A stretch of 64,000 nt of DNA from Candidatus Latescibacterota bacterium. Its GTDB lineage: Bacteria > Latescibacterota > UBA2968 > UBA8231. The DNA lies in NCBI GenBank assembly GCA_965248355.1, contig OZ252098.1, positions 1,472,001 through 1,536,000 of the forward strand. Reading direction: 5' to 3'. Position numbers and translations under genes: made by a program. The notes under the pieces were generated by a model that was not told the DNA's origin, made no database searches, and saw nothing but the letters and a program-made list of their open reading frames with translations. Below are positions 28,202-38,222 of the stretch, piece by piece (the first letter of the stretch is position 1; each line of letters begins with the position of its first letter).

Positions 28202-30748
28202 TCACAGCCTCGGGTCGACCGGCTCGCTCTCCAGGGCCAGGACGCCGAAGACGCATTCGTGCACGCGGTAGAGGGGTTCCCTCTCGACGAAGCGGTGCAG
28301 GGCCTCCAGGCCGAGGGCGAACTCGCGCAGGGCCAGCGAGCGCTTCACCGACAGGCGGCGCTGCCGCAGTCGCTCGATCTGCCCGGGGAGGGTGTACTCG
28401 GGGCCGTAGATGATGCGCAGGTACTCCCGCCCCCGGCACTTGAGGGCCGGCTGGGCCGGCCCCTTGCGCCCCCGGGCGAGCCAGTCCAGGGGCTTGACCA
28501 CCATGCCCTCTCCGCCGCCGTCGGTGAGCTCGTGCCACCAGCGGGTCCCCTGCTCCTCGCTGTCCGGGTCGGCCGTGTCGACGAGGCGGTACCGCGTCTC
28601 GAGCAGCAGCTCCGCATCCGCCCGGCACAGCTCCGCCAGGGTCTCCATGTGCCAGAGGTGGTCCTCATCCGTGTGGACGCGGCCCTCGGTGGCCAGCAGG
28701 TGGAAGGGGGCGATCCTCAGATCCGAGAGGCCGTCCACCGTCCAGCAGTAACGCCGGTAGGCGTCGACGTAGCGGGAGATGCAGCCCTGCCGCTGCCGCA
28801 GGTGGGCCTCCAGCTCCTCGCTGCCGCCGCCCCTTTCGGCGGCCTGTCCCAGGGCCGCGAGGCCGGCCTCGAAGGCGGCCCCGGCGGCGGCCCCGGCGGG
28901 GGCGTACTGGCTGCTCAGCAGCTCCTGCGCCTTGTCCGACCAGGGCATGATCTCGGCGTCGAGGCAGATCCAGTCGCTCTCGAACCGCTGCCAGAGTCCG
29001 GCGCCTTCCACCGCGGCGCGCAGTCTCGCCACGACCTCGGAGCCGCGCTCCGGGTCGCTGAAGAAGGGACGCCCGGTGCGGGTGTGGATCACCCCGGCCT
29101 CGCCGCGGCCGGCTCCGAACCTCCGTTGCGCCGCGGCTTCGTCCCGGCACAGCAGGATCACCGCTCGCGATCCCATGTGCTTCTCCTGGCAGATCACCCT
29201 GGAAACCCCCTGGCCCCGGTAGTAGGCGAAGGTCTCGCGCGGGTGCTCGAGGTACTCCCCCTCGGCGGCGGTGTCGGACGGGGCCATGGTGGGCGGCAGG
29301 TAGATCAGCCAGCGCGGGTCGAGGGCGAAGCGGCTCATCACCTCGAGCGCGGCGGCGGCGTTCTCCTGGCGGATGGTGACGCCGCGGTGCAGGCGGGTGG
29401 AGACGACGCGCTTGCCGATGACGTCGCCGATATCGAGCAGATCCCCGTACGGCCGCGTCTCGACCGCCTCCTCGGAGGAGATCAGCGGCCGCACCGGCTC
29501 GCACCAGACCTGCCGCGCCGGCACCTGGACGATCTCCTTCTCCGGGTAGCGCAGCGCCGTCAGCCGGCCGCCGAAGACGCACCCGGTGTCGATGTTGAGG
29601 GTGCCGTTCACCCACTCCGGCTCGGGCACGGGGGTGTGGCCGTAGACCACCGCCGCCCGGCCGCGGTAGGCCGCGGCCCAGTCGCAGCGCACCGGCAGGC
29701 CGAACTCGTCGGTCTCGCCGGTGGTCTCGCCGTAGAGGGCGAACTCGCGGACCCGGCCCGAGGCGCGCCCCTGGAGGCCCTCCTCGAGGCCGGCGTGGGC
29801 GACGACGAGATCGCCGCCGTCGAGCACGTAGTGGCTGACCAGGCGGCCGATGAAGGCCGCCGCCTCGTCGGCGAACTCGTCCGGTTCGTTCTCGAGCTGC
29901 TCCAGGGTCTCGGCGAGGCCGTGGGCGATCTTGACATCGCGCCCCTGCAGCTTGCGCAGCAGCTTGACGTCGTGGTTGCCGGGAACGCAGAGGGCGGTTC
30001 CCGCCTCCACCATCCCCATGACCAGGCGCAGCACCTCGGGAGAGCGGGGACCGCGGTCGACGAGATCCCCGAGGAAGACCGCCTTGCGCCCTTCCGGGTG
30101 GCGCGCCTCCGGCCCCTCGCACCCGCCGCCGATCTCCCAGCCGAGGGTGGCGAGCAGGTCCACCAGCTCGTCGCAGCAGCCGTGGATGTCGCCGACGATG
30201 TCGAAGGGGCCGCGCTCGCCGCGCCGGTCCGGCCACAGCGGCTGGCGCTCGATGGAGGCGGCTTCCGCTTCTTCCGGGCTGCCGAAGACGGTGACCGAGT
30301 GGAATCCCTCCCGCCCGAGGCCGCGCAGGGAGCGGCGCAGGGAGCGGCTCTGCCGGCGCACCACCTGGGGGGGGATGTCGCGGTCGGCGCGCTCCTCGTT
30401 GCGCCCCTGGCAGAGCTGGGACGGCAGGTCGAAGACGATGGCCGCGGCGAGGAGGTGGAACTCGCGGGCCAGGGCGATCAGCCGGGCGCGGTCCTCGGGC
30501 TTCACGCTCGTCGCGTCGATCACGGTGAGCCGGCGGCCGGCGAGCCGTTTCGAGGCGATGTAGTGAAGGAGGTCGAAGGCGTCGCCGGTGACCGACAGGT
30601 CGTTCTCGTCGTCGGCCAGGAGGCCGCGGCAGTGGTCGGAGGAGATCACCTCGGTGGGCCGGAAGTGCCGCCGCGCGAAGGTCGACTTGCCGCTCCCCGA
30701 GGGGCCGGCGAGCACGACCAGGGAGGGCTCGGGAAGGGTGACCTTCAT
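28202..30748 (-). CDS. pnkp: Polynucleotide kinase-phosphatase-ligase Pnkp
   Basis: Start re-called to MKVTLPEPSL (ATGA overlap with hen1). Kinase GPSGSGKST; phosphatase GDIHG, GDLVDRG, GNHD, YGHTP, IDTG; ligase EKHMGSRA, EGMVVKP, KCRGREYLR; ends DPRL. Confidence 0.95.
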   Translation of the reverse strand: MKVTLPEPSLVVLAGPSGSGKSTFARRHFRPTEVISSDHCRGLLADDENDLSVTGDAFDLLHYIASKRLAGRRLTVIDATSVKPEDRARLIALAREFHLLAAAIVFDLPSQLCQGRNEERADRDIPPQVVRRQSRSLRRSLRGLGREGFHSVTVFGSPEEAEAASIERQPLWPDRRGERGPFDIVGDIHGCCDELVDLLATLGWEIGGGCEGPEARHPEGRKAVFLGDLVDRGPRSPEVLRLVMGMVEAGTALCVPGNHDVKLLRKLQGRDVKIAHGLAETLEQLENEPDEFADEAAAFIGRLVSHYVLDGGDLVVAHAGLEEGLQGRASGRVREFALYGETTGETDEFGLPVRCDWAAAYRGRAAVVYGHTPVPEPEWVNGTLNIDTGCVFGGRLTALRYPEKEIVQVPARQVWCEPVRPLISSEEAVETRPYGDLLDIGDVIGKRVVSTRLHRGVTIRQENAAAALEVMSRFALDPRWLIYLPPTMAPSDTAAEGEYLEHPRETFAYYRGQGVSRVICQEKHMGSRAVILLCRDEAAAQRRFGAGRGEAGVIHTRTGRPFFSDPERGSEVVARLRAAVEGAGLWQRFESDWICLDAEIMPWSDKAQELLSSQYAPAGAAAGAAFEAGLAALGQAAERGGGSEELEAHLRQRQGCISRYVDAYRRYCWTVDGLSDLRIAPFHLLATEGRVHTDEDHLWHMETLAELCRADAELLLETRYRLVDTADPDSEEQGTRWWHELTDGGGEGMVVKPLDWLARGRKGPAQPALKCRGREYLRIIYGPEYTLPGQIERLRQRRLSVKRSLALREFALGLEALHRFVEREPLYRVHECVFGVLALESEPVDPRL

Positions 30749-32121
30749 CGCGAGAACACGGCCATCTGCGTCGGCGGGCCGAGCTCCGGGTCCTCTTCGC
30801 CCACCGGCAGGAAGCGGACCGAGTACCCGAAGCGCTCGGCCGCGGCGCTCCCCCAGTCCCGGAACTGCCGCCGCGTCCACTCGAAGCGGTGGTCGCGGTG
30901 GCGGAACCGGCCCGCGGGGAGGGATTCGAAGCGGGTGTTGTAGTCGGCGTTGGGCGTGGTGGCGATCAACGTGGCCGGCCGCGCGAACTCGAAGAGGACG
31001 CGCTCGAAGGCCGGCAGCCGCGGTGGATCGATGTGCTCGATCACCTCCACGGCGCAGGCGGCGTCGTACCCGGAGAGACGCTCGTCCCGGTAGGTGAGGG
31101 AGCCCTGGAACAGCTCCAGGCGCTGCCGCCGCCCGGCCGGGAGGCGCTCGAGGCCGAGGCGCTCCCCGGCGATCTCGAGGGCCCGGAAGGAGACGTCCAT
31201 GCCGGCGAGGCGGTCCCACTCCCCGTCGTCGAGCAGAGCCTTGAGGAGCTTGCCCTCCCCGCAGCCGAGATCGATGACGCTGCGCGCCCCCGCCCCCCGG
31301 AGCGCCTCCCTCACCGCGGCGAGGCGCTGCTCGTTCAGGCTCATGGGCCGCTCGAGACCCTCCTCCTCCTGTTCGTGCTCCGTCTCGGAATCCGCCTGCG
31401 GGTCCTCCTCGGCCACGAGCCGGGCCAGCGCCTCCTTGGCCAGATAGCGCTGATGCTTGAGGTAGCGGCGGGCGATCTGCTCCCGCTCCGGGTGCGAGGA
31501 CAGCCAGCCTTCCCCCCGGGCCAGCAGCTTGTCCAGCTCCTCCTGCCCGACCCAGTAGTGCTTGTCGTCGTCGAGCACCGGAAGCAGCACGTAGAGGTGG
31601 GAGAGCAGGTCGCGGAGCCGGCAGGTCCCCGCCAGCCGCACCTGGAAGTAGGGGCTCTCCCCCCACTCCGGGAAGTGTTCGTCGAGAGGCAGGCGCCGCG
31701 CCTCGACGGAGTATCCCAGCGGCTCGAAGAGGCGGCGCAGAAAGGGCTCCCCGCCGCGGCAGGGGAGGACGGCGACCTCCGCCTCGAGGGGGATCGAGGT
31801 GTCCGCGAGGCGGGGCCGGTCCCGGCTGCTGCCCTTGAGAGCGGATCCGAAGACGCGGGCCATGGCGACGCTGAGGAAGGAGGAGGCCACGTAGGGGCGG
31901 TCGTTGACGTACTGCTTCAGGCCCCGGGGTCCGCGCACGAGACCGACCGGATCGAGATCGAGGAGCATGGCCGCTTCGCAGCGGTCCTCGCGCGCCATCG
32001 GGTAGAAGACGTGGGCCGCCCCGAAGGGCAGGGGAAACGACTGGCAGCGGGCCGGGTTCTTCACCAGCAGGTACCCGAGATCGGTCGCCGGCCGCCAGGT
32101 CGTGGCGATCGTCAGCAGCAT
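30745..32121 (-). CDS. hen1: 3' terminal RNA ribose 2'-O-methyltransferase Hen1
   Basis: MLLTI....PATDLGYLL.KNP, YVNDRPY, KHYWV (ligase-activating domain); DLGCGEG, EVIEH, TTPN..YN, RHRDHRFEW. Confidence 0.95.
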   Translation of the reverse strand: MLLTIATTWRPATDLGYLLVKNPARCQSFPLPFGAAHVFYPMAREDRCEAAMLLDLDPVGLVRGPRGLKQYVNDRPYVASSFLSVAMARVFGSALKGSSRDRPRLADTSIPLEAEVAVLPCRGGEPFLRRLFEPLGYSVEARRLPLDEHFPEWGESPYFQVRLAGTCRLRDLLSHLYVLLPVLDDDKHYWVGQEELDKLLARGEGWLSSHPEREQIARRYLKHQRYLAKEALARLVAEEDPQADSETEHEQEEEGLERPMSLNEQRLAAVREALRGAGARSVIDLGCGEGKLLKALLDDGEWDRLAGMDVSFRALEIAGERLGLERLPAGRRQRLELFQGSLTYRDERLSGYDAACAVEVIEHIDPPRLPAFERVLFEFARPATLIATTPNADYNTRFESLPAGRFRHRDHRFEWTRRQFRDWGSAAAERFGYSVRFLPVGEEDPELGPPTQMAVFSR

Positions 32122-32303
32122 CGGTCAGGACTCCCCTTGAAGAGCGCCGGCAAGGCCCGCCTCCAGCTGGCTCCCGGCACTCGATCCGGTAGAAACTAAG
32201 GGCGATTGTCCGTCAGAGGCTCGGACCGTCGCCAGGCGCCCGCCGGAACCGCACGTAGCCGCTGGGCTGCTCCACCGTCACCCGGGAAGCGGCTTCGCCC
32301 CTC

Positions 32304-33755
32304 TCAGGCTTCGGGGGCCCGGGCGTCGACTCCCCCGGCCTTGACCTGCTGCAGCAGCCGGGACAGCTCGGCCACCACCTCCGGACGCTCGGCGTAGAGG
32401 TTGGTCCGCTCCTCCAGATCGCTGGCCAGGTGGAAGAGCTCCCCCGGCTCGTCGTGCGGCGCGTACCCGCGCCGTTGCCGGTACCACTCCGGCTCGCCGA
32501 CATCGCCGCCGGTGGCGTCGTCGACGAAGACCCACTCCCCCCGGCGGATGGCGAAGCGGCGGTTCATGCTGTGATGGACGGTGAAGGCGCGCACGCCCCG
32601 GTCCCGGCCCGGCCGGCGCAGGAGGGGCAGCATGCTGACGCTGTCCTCGCCCTGCCCCGGGGCCAGGCGGGCTCCCGTCATCTCGGCGCAGGTGGACATG
32701 AGGTCGCCGAGCATGACGGTGTGGGAGCACTCGGCGCCCGCCGGGGTCACGCCCGGCCAGCGCGCCAGGAAGGGGACGCGGTGGCCGCCCTCCCAGACAT
32801 CGCGCTTGAGGCCCCTCAGGCAGGCCGAGGAGGAATGGCCGAACTGGCGGATGCGGTCGTAGGCGGGCCTCTCCGGGCCGTTGTCGCTGGTGAAGATCAG
32901 CAGCGTGTTGCCGGCGATGCCCCGCCGCTCGAGGGCCTCCATGACGCGGCCCACGCACCAGTCGACCTCGCACACGTAGTCGCCGTACTCGCCGGCCCGG
33001 CTCATGCCGCGGAACTCGTCCAGGGGCACGATGGGCGTGTGCGGCGCCGTCAGCGGCAGGTAGAGGAAGAAGGGCTCCTCCCCGGCCTCCTCGATGACGC
33101 CCTCGGCGCGCCGGGTGAGGGTGGGCATGACCTGCTCCAGCGACCAGCCGGGGACCATCGGCCCCGGCGTGCCGAACATCACCTCCGGCTTGGGAACGGA
33201 GGGGGCCTCGAGGACGCGGTCCTGCTCGAACCAGGTGTAAGGCGGGAAGTTGGGGACATCGTCGCCGAAGTAGGTGTCGAAGCCGCGGTCCACGGGACCG
33301 CCCGTGATGGGCCGTCCGTAGTCGATGCGTTCGTTCAGGGCCAGGCGCGCGGGGTCGTTGCCGCGGGTCCCGAACTCGACGTGGTCCGCCGCCGGGGAGC
33401 CGTCGTCGAGGGTCCAGTCCCAGCCCAGGTGCCACTTGCCGACGCAGTGGGTGCGGTACCCCTGCCGCCGCAGCAGCTCGGCCACGGTGAGGCGGTCGGG
33501 CTCGACGAGAGCGCTCTCCCACTGCCAGAGGACGCCCCCCTTCAGCCGCGAGCGCCAGCAGTAGCGCCCGGTGAGCACGGCGTAGCGGCTGGGCGTGCAC
33601 ACGCTGGAGGGAGCGTGGGCGTCTGTGAAGCGCACGCCCCGGGCGGCGAGGCGGTCCAGGTTCGGCGTGGGGATCCTCGATTCGGGGTTGTAGCAGCCCG
33701 CGTCCCCGTAGCCGAGGTCGTCGGCCAGGATGAAGACGATGTTCGGCTTTTTCAA
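32304..33755 (-). CDS. Arylsulfatase (Cys-type)
   Basis: PNIVFILADDLGYGD, CTPSRYAVLTGRY, GKWHLG, TSDNG, WEGGHRVP. Confidence 0.94.
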   Translation of the reverse strand: MKKPNIVFILADDLGYGDAGCYNPESRIPTPNLDRLAARGVRFTDAHAPSSVCTPSRYAVLTGRYCWRSRLKGGVLWQWESALVEPDRLTVAELLRRQGYRTHCVGKWHLGWDWTLDDGSPAADHVEFGTRGNDPARLALNERIDYGRPITGGPVDRGFDTYFGDDVPNFPPYTWFEQDRVLEAPSVPKPEVMFGTPGPMVPGWSLEQVMPTLTRRAEGVIEEAGEEPFFLYLPLTAPHTPIVPLDEFRGMSRAGEYGDYVCEVDWCVGRVMEALERRGIAGNTLLIFTSDNGPERPAYDRIRQFGHSSSACLRGLKRDVWEGGHRVPFLARWPGVTPAGAECSHTVMLGDLMSTCAEMTGARLAPGQGEDSVSMLPLLRRPGRDRGVRAFTVHHSMNRRFAIRRGEWVFVDDATGGDVGEPEWYRQRRGYAPHDEPGELFHLASDLEERTNLYAERPEVVAELSRLLQQVKAGGVDARAPEA

Positions 33756-33882
33756 GGCGGCTCCTGTCGAGGGCTTGCCGGACCGGGCCGGAGGCGGCTC
33801 ATTTCGCCCCGGAAAGGAAGCGGATGATGATCACGGATGTAAAGACGACAGGGCCCCGACGCGGGGCGGGAGGGACAGCCTG

Positions 33883-34728
33883 ATGTTTCAATCTCTGCGG
33901 GTGGCGGCGATTTCCTTCGTGCCCGGGAAGTTCGAGCTGGCCGACAACTGCGACCGCCTCGAGGAGAGCTTCCGGCGGGCGGCCCGGGACGGGGCCGAGC
34001 TGGCCGTGGCCCCCGAGGGGGTCATCGAGGGCTACGTGACCAACGAGATCATCTCCGGCGAGGCGCCGGCGGCGCGGATCCGCGAGGTGGCGGTGAACAT
34101 GAGGGGCGCCGTGATCTCCCGCTTCCGGGCCCTGGCCCGCGAGCTGGGCATGAGCCTGGCCTTCGGCTGCGCCGAGAAGGTGGGACGCAACGTGCACAAC
34201 TGCGCCGTCTTCATCGATCCCTCCGGGCGGCTGTGCGGCAAGTACCACAAGATGCAGCTGGCCGAGGGCACCCACCCGGCCTGGTGGTTCAACCGCCTGG
34301 GCCGGCAGTCGCGCGCCTTCCCCACCCCCCACGGCCGCTGCGGCTTCATGATCTGCGCCGACCGCTGGAACGCCGACATCGCCCGCCTGCCCGTGCTCGA
34401 CGGCGCCCGCTACCTGCTGATCCCGTCCTTCGGCAGCCGCTCGAAGCGGCAGGACCAGGCGGTCCTGGCCCGGGCCCGGGAGAACGGCGTGCCCATCGTC
34501 GAGGCCAACGTGGGCGTCACCCTGATCATCAGCCAGGGCGAGGTCGTCGCCCTGTCGCGCCGGGAGCGGCAGATCCTGCACGCCACCATCGAGATCCCCG
34601 CCGAGCCTTCCCGAGGAAACCGGGATCAGCACGAACGCGCCTTCCTGCGCTGGCGCCGCAAGGAGATGCCCGCCTGGTTCGAGAAGCGCACCAAGGACAC
34701 CTGGCTCAACCGGCCGCGCTCCTCCTGA
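33883..34728 (+). CDS. Carbon-nitrogen hydrolase (nitrilase family)
   Basis: E-K-C triad in APEG, YHKM and ICADR; start re-called to MFQSLRV. Confidence 0.85.
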   Translation: MFQSLRVAAISFVPGKFELADNCDRLEESFRRAARDGAELAVAPEGVIEGYVTNEIISGEAPAARIREVAVNMRGAVISRFRALARELGMSLAFGCAEKVGRNVHNCAVFIDPSGRLCGKYHKMQLAEGTHPAWWFNRLGRQSRAFPTPHGRCGFMICADRWNADIARLPVLDGARYLLIPSFGSRSKRQDQAVLARARENGVPIVEANVGVTLIISQGEVVALSRRERQILHATIEIPAEPSRGNRDQHERAFLRWRRKEMPAWFEKRTKDTWLNRPRSS

Positions 34729-34791
34729 GCCGCGGTGACGGTTCCCGCCGGCCCCCGGAAGTCCGCAACTCCGTCTGTCAAGGAGGGACCC

Positions 34792-35469
34792 ATGCCTCAC
34801 GAAGAGACCGAGGGCCGGTTCACGGCCACGCCTGAGAAGGGGGAGGTCTCCTCCGTCGCCATCCGCCCCGGGGACGCGCGGCTGATGCTGGTCCTCGGCC
34901 ACGGGGCGGGCACCGACTGCCGCCATCGCAACCTGCGCACCATCGCCGGCCACTGCGCCGACGCCGGCGCGGCCACCTTCCGCTACAACTTCCCCTACAT
35001 GGAGAGGGGCGGCGGCGGCACCGAGTCGAAGCCGGTGACCTGCGAGACCGTGCGCTCCGCCGCGGCGGCCGCTCACGAGGCCGCGCCCGATCTGCCCCTG
35101 CTCGTCGGCGGCCATTCCTTCGGCGGACGCATGGCCTCGCACGCGGCGGCCGAGGCGCCGATCCCGCAGGTGCGGGGGCTGGTGTTCTTCGCCTTCCCCC
35201 TGCACCCGCCGGGCCGGCCCTCGGTGGACCGGGCCGCGCACCTGCCGGAGGTGACCGTGCCCATGCTCTTCCTCGCCGGCACGCGGGACAAGCTGGCCGA
35301 CCTCGAGTTGCTCGAGCCGGTGGTGGAGGGCCTGGCGCAGGCCACCCTGCACCTGCTGGACACGGCCGACCACGGCTTCAAGGTGCTGAAGCGTTCGCGG
35401 AAGTCCGACGAGGATGTCTACGCCGAGATGGCGCGGGCGCTGAAGGCCTGGGCCCTGGAGCAGGTCTGA
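34792..35469 (+). CDS. Alpha/beta hydrolase (KANSL3/Tex30-like bacterial family)
   Basis: HGAG, FRYNFPY, GGHSFGGR, FPLHPPG, GTRD, ADHGF; AAGGAG RBS. Confidence 0.88.
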   Translation: MPHEETEGRFTATPEKGEVSSVAIRPGDARLMLVLGHGAGTDCRHRNLRTIAGHCADAGAATFRYNFPYMERGGGGTESKPVTCETVRSAAAAAHEAAPDLPLLVGGHSFGGRMASHAAAEAPIPQVRGLVFFAFPLHPPGRPSVDRAAHLPEVTVPMLFLAGTRDKLADLELLEPVVEGLAQATLHLLDTADHGFKVLKRSRKSDEDVYAEMARALKAWALEQV

Positions 35470-35483
35470 CCGCCGGCGAGGCC

Positions 35484-35785
35484 TCAGGCGGACAGGTCGA
35501 CGACGAGCAGCTCCTCGGCCAGGGGTTCGGCCGCGGCCACGTGGATCCCGTTCTCCACGGCGCGTTCGGCCTGCGCCCTGTGGGCCCGGGGGACCACGTC
35601 CGCCTTCTCCGGGGGAGACCGTTGTTGGTGGGCGCGAAGTCCGCCAGCCCCCCGAGGATGGCCTCCGGACAACAGAGGATCTCCACGCCCCGCCGCTCGC
35701 ACTCGGCGACGCGGGCCCGGATCAGGGGCAGGGCCTCCATCGATCCCACGGGCAGCAGGGGGGCCTGGTAGGCGGCGACCTTCAT
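35484..35785 (-). pseudogene. Internally deleted, frameshifted carbon-nitrogen hydrolase remnant
   Basis: MKVAAYQ...ILCCPE.ILGG N-terminus is joined directly to PTNNGLP, then shifts frame to ...RAVENG...EELLVVDL; the K and C catalytic regions are missing. Confidence 0.65.
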
Positions 35786-35834
35786 GCTGAACCGCCGTTG
35801 CCGGGCCGGTCCGGCGGCGCTTTCCCTGGCCGCC

Positions 35835-36869
35835 TCACCCGCTGGTGTGGTCGATGCCGAGCTTGATGGAGCGCTCGGGGTGGGCCTCGATCTCGTGGTA
35901 GGCCTCGGCCGCCCGGGCCAAGGGGACCACCGGATCGATGAGGTCGTCGGCCCGCAGCCGCCCCTCCACCAGCAGCGCCAGGGACTCGCTGCGGATGCGG
36001 GAGAAGGTCCATCCCGGCTGGGGCAGGGGCTCGCTGTTGGCGCGGCTGGAGACCACCCGGATGCGGTTGCGGTGCCACTCGCCGGCCAGCTTCAGGCCCT
36101 GGTCGCCGTGGTAGTAGGCGGTGGAGACCACGGTGCCGGCGTAGCAGGCGGCGCGCAGGGCGTCCTCGAAGGCGGGGTAGGCCCCGCTGGTCTCGACGAC
36201 GACGTCGGCGCCGGCGCCCCCGGTGCGCTCCTTGATCTCCACGCCGGCGTCGGTCCGGCGCGGGTCGATCACCAGGTCGGCGCCATGGCGCCGGGCCGCC
36301 TCCCGCCGGCGCTCGATGGGATCCGCAACGGCTACCCAGCGGGCGCCGCACAGGCGGGCGCACTGGGCCACCATCAGGCCGATGGCCCCGAGGCCGAAGA
36401 CGGCCACGCGGTCGCCGAGCCGCACCGGGCCGTCGCGCACGCCGCCGAGGGCGACGTCGGCCGGATCCCAGTACATCAGGCCCTGCGGAGAGAGGCCGTC
36501 GGGGGCGATGCGCAGGCGGCCGGCCTCGACGGTGTGGGTCTCGCGCACGGGCAGGTGGGCGAAGACCCGGTCGCCTACCTTCAGGTCCTCCACGTCGCCG
36601 GCGGCCTCGACGACCTCGCCGAGGCACATGTTGCCCAGGGCTCGCGGGAAGCGGGGTGCGGCCGGCTCGCCGCGCAGATGCAGGCGCAGCCGCCCGTCCC
36701 AGCGGTCGCTGGCGTCGGGCGTGTCGGCTCGGAACCCCCTCAGCTCGGTGCCGTGCTTGACGGCGCTGAAGAGGCTGCGCACGCGCACCTGGCCGGGCTC
36801 CAGGGGCGGCTCCTCGTAGCTCCGGAGGAGGGCGTGTCGGGGGCGGTCGGCGATGAGCTCGAGGGGCAT
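35835..36869 (-). CDS. Zinc-binding alcohol dehydrogenase (MDR) family
   Basis: Start re-called to MPLELIAD; SAVKHGTE, G.V..AGD....LKVGDRV, VFGLGAIG, GADVVVETSG. Confidence 0.88.
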   Translation of the reverse strand: MPLELIADRPRHALLRSYEEPPLEPGQVRVRSLFSAVKHGTELRGFRADTPDASDRWDGRLRLHLRGEPAAPRFPRALGNMCLGEVVEAAGDVEDLKVGDRVFAHLPVRETHTVEAGRLRIAPDGLSPQGLMYWDPADVALGGVRDGPVRLGDRVAVFGLGAIGLMVAQCARLCGARWVAVADPIERRREAARRHGADLVIDPRRTDAGVEIKERTGGAGADVVVETSGAYPAFEDALRAACYAGTVVSTAYYHGDQGLKLAGEWHRNRIRVVSSRANSEPLPQPGWTFSRIRSESLALLVEGRLRADDLIDPVVPLARAAEAYHEIEAHPERSIKLGIDHTSG

Positions 36870-36926
36870 GGGCGTCTCCGGGATTCGGGGCGGGGCGGGC
36901 GCATCAAGATAGGACAGGGAGAAGGG

Positions 36927-38222
36927 GTGGAGATCGACGAGCAGAGGTTCTTCGAGGAGGGATACCTGATCATCCGGGAGGCGGTTCCGCCCGACCGGCT
37001 CGCGGAGTTGCGGCTCATGGCCGAGGTCCTGGTGGACCGCTGCAAGTCGCGCTCGGAGGCGGGGCGCGGGGCCGGCGGACCCTTGGGCGGCGAGTGGTAC
37101 GCCTCCATCCAGCCGCGGGTCAACGTGGACGAGGTGGTGGACGAGGAGACGGCGGGTCTGGTGGACTTCCTGCTGGGGCCCACCGTGCACGGTGTCAGCC
37201 ACCGTATCCTGGGGGCGCCGGAGTCCAGCATCACGAGCATGCAGATCAACTGCAGCGGCCTCATCGACTACGGGCACACCGACTGGCACCGCGACTCCAG
37301 CGCCAGCGAGCAGGCGCCGCTGTGCGGCCTGCAGCGGGACCTGGCGGCCAACCGCCCCGGGTACGTGCAGTGGAACATCGCCCTCTACGACGACGACGTG
37401 TTCTGGGTGCTGCCGCGCAGCCACGACCGGCCCACGGACGAGGAGCAGCGCCGGCAGCTCCTGCTCGACCCAACCAGCCGGCTGAAGGGCGGGATCCCCG
37501 TCGAGCTGGCCGCCGGCGACGGCGTCGTCTACCCGAACCTGATCATGCACTGGGGCAGCTGGTACTCGAGCCGGCTGCGGCGCACCCTCCATCTCGGCTT
37601 CCGCTCCCACGGCGGCGACATCTTCCCCTACGCCCACTACCCGGAGTGGGACGTGGGTCTGGGCTTCACCCGCCACCTGTCGGAGGGGGCCCGGGCCCAC
37701 TTCGAGCGCGCCGTGGAGCTGCTCGACCAGGAGCGCGACGATATCGAGACCGCCCTGCGCGCCGCCATCGCAGGGGACGGGGAGGCTTTTCGCGAGCGGA
37801 TCGCCCGCATGCACCCCGGCCGCGAGGAGCGCATGACCGCGGTGGTCCTGCTGTGCCGCATCGCGGCCAAGGTGGGACTCCTGCACACGCCCGAGGTGCA
37901 GCGCATGGGCCCGGCGGAGCGCCACCGGGCCCTGGCCGGCCCCCAGAAGGGCGAGTACTTCGAGTCCATCGGCCGCCGCGTCAGCGCCCCCGAGGCCGAG
38001 ACCCTGGCGCGGCGGTTCGCCCCCCTGGAGCAGCGCCTGGCGGCCGATGCCGCCCGCGTGCACCGGCGTTACACTGCCATCCACGCCGGGCTGAAGCCGG
38101 AGGCCGACGGCCCTCCCGACTTCGAGTCCCGGCCCCTGCGCCAGTTCCACTGCGAAATGCCCGCCGGGTTCGGCATCGACGAGCTCGCCGGCGGCTGGAG
38201 AGAGAAGGATGCTCGAGGCTGA
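36927..38222 (+). CDS. Phytanoyl-CoA dioxygenase (PhyH) family Fe/2OG enzyme with a C-terminal extension
   Basis: GTG start; FFEEGYLIIR, DWHRDS (HxD), WVLPRSH, LAAGDG.....IMHWG, RRTLH. Confidence 0.8.
   Translation: MEIDEQRFFEEGYLIIREAVPPDRLAELRLMAEVLVDRCKSRSEAGRGAGGPLGGEWYASIQPRVNVDEVVDEETAGLVDFLLGPTVHGVSHRILGAPESSITSMQINCSGLIDYGHTDWHRDSSASEQAPLCGLQRDLAANRPGYVQWNIALYDDDVFWVLPRSHDRPTDEEQRRQLLLDPTSRLKGGIPVELAAGDGVVYPNLIMHWGSWYSSRLRRTLHLGFRSHGGDIFPYAHYPEWDVGLGFTRHLSEGARAHFERAVELLDQERDDIETALRAAIAGDGEAFRERIARMHPGREERMTAVVLLCRIAAKVGLLHTPEVQRMGPAERHRALAGPQKGEYFESIGRRVSAPEAETLARRFAPLEQRLAADAARVHRRYTAIHAGLKPEADGPPDFESRPLRQFHCEMPAGFGIDELAGGWREKDARG

Noticed and set aside
32205..32215. ATTGTCCGTCA shared with the att-like site near 41700, as a possible island boundary next to hen1
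   Set aside because: A single 11-mer without paired repeats or an IHF site; compatible with chance.
35623..35634. 12-bp match (TGTTGGTGGGCG) to the tRNA-Val 3' end as a possible second att site
   Set aside because: It is short, falls on the coding PTNN motif of the nitrilase remnant, and the genes in between have host-like codon usage.
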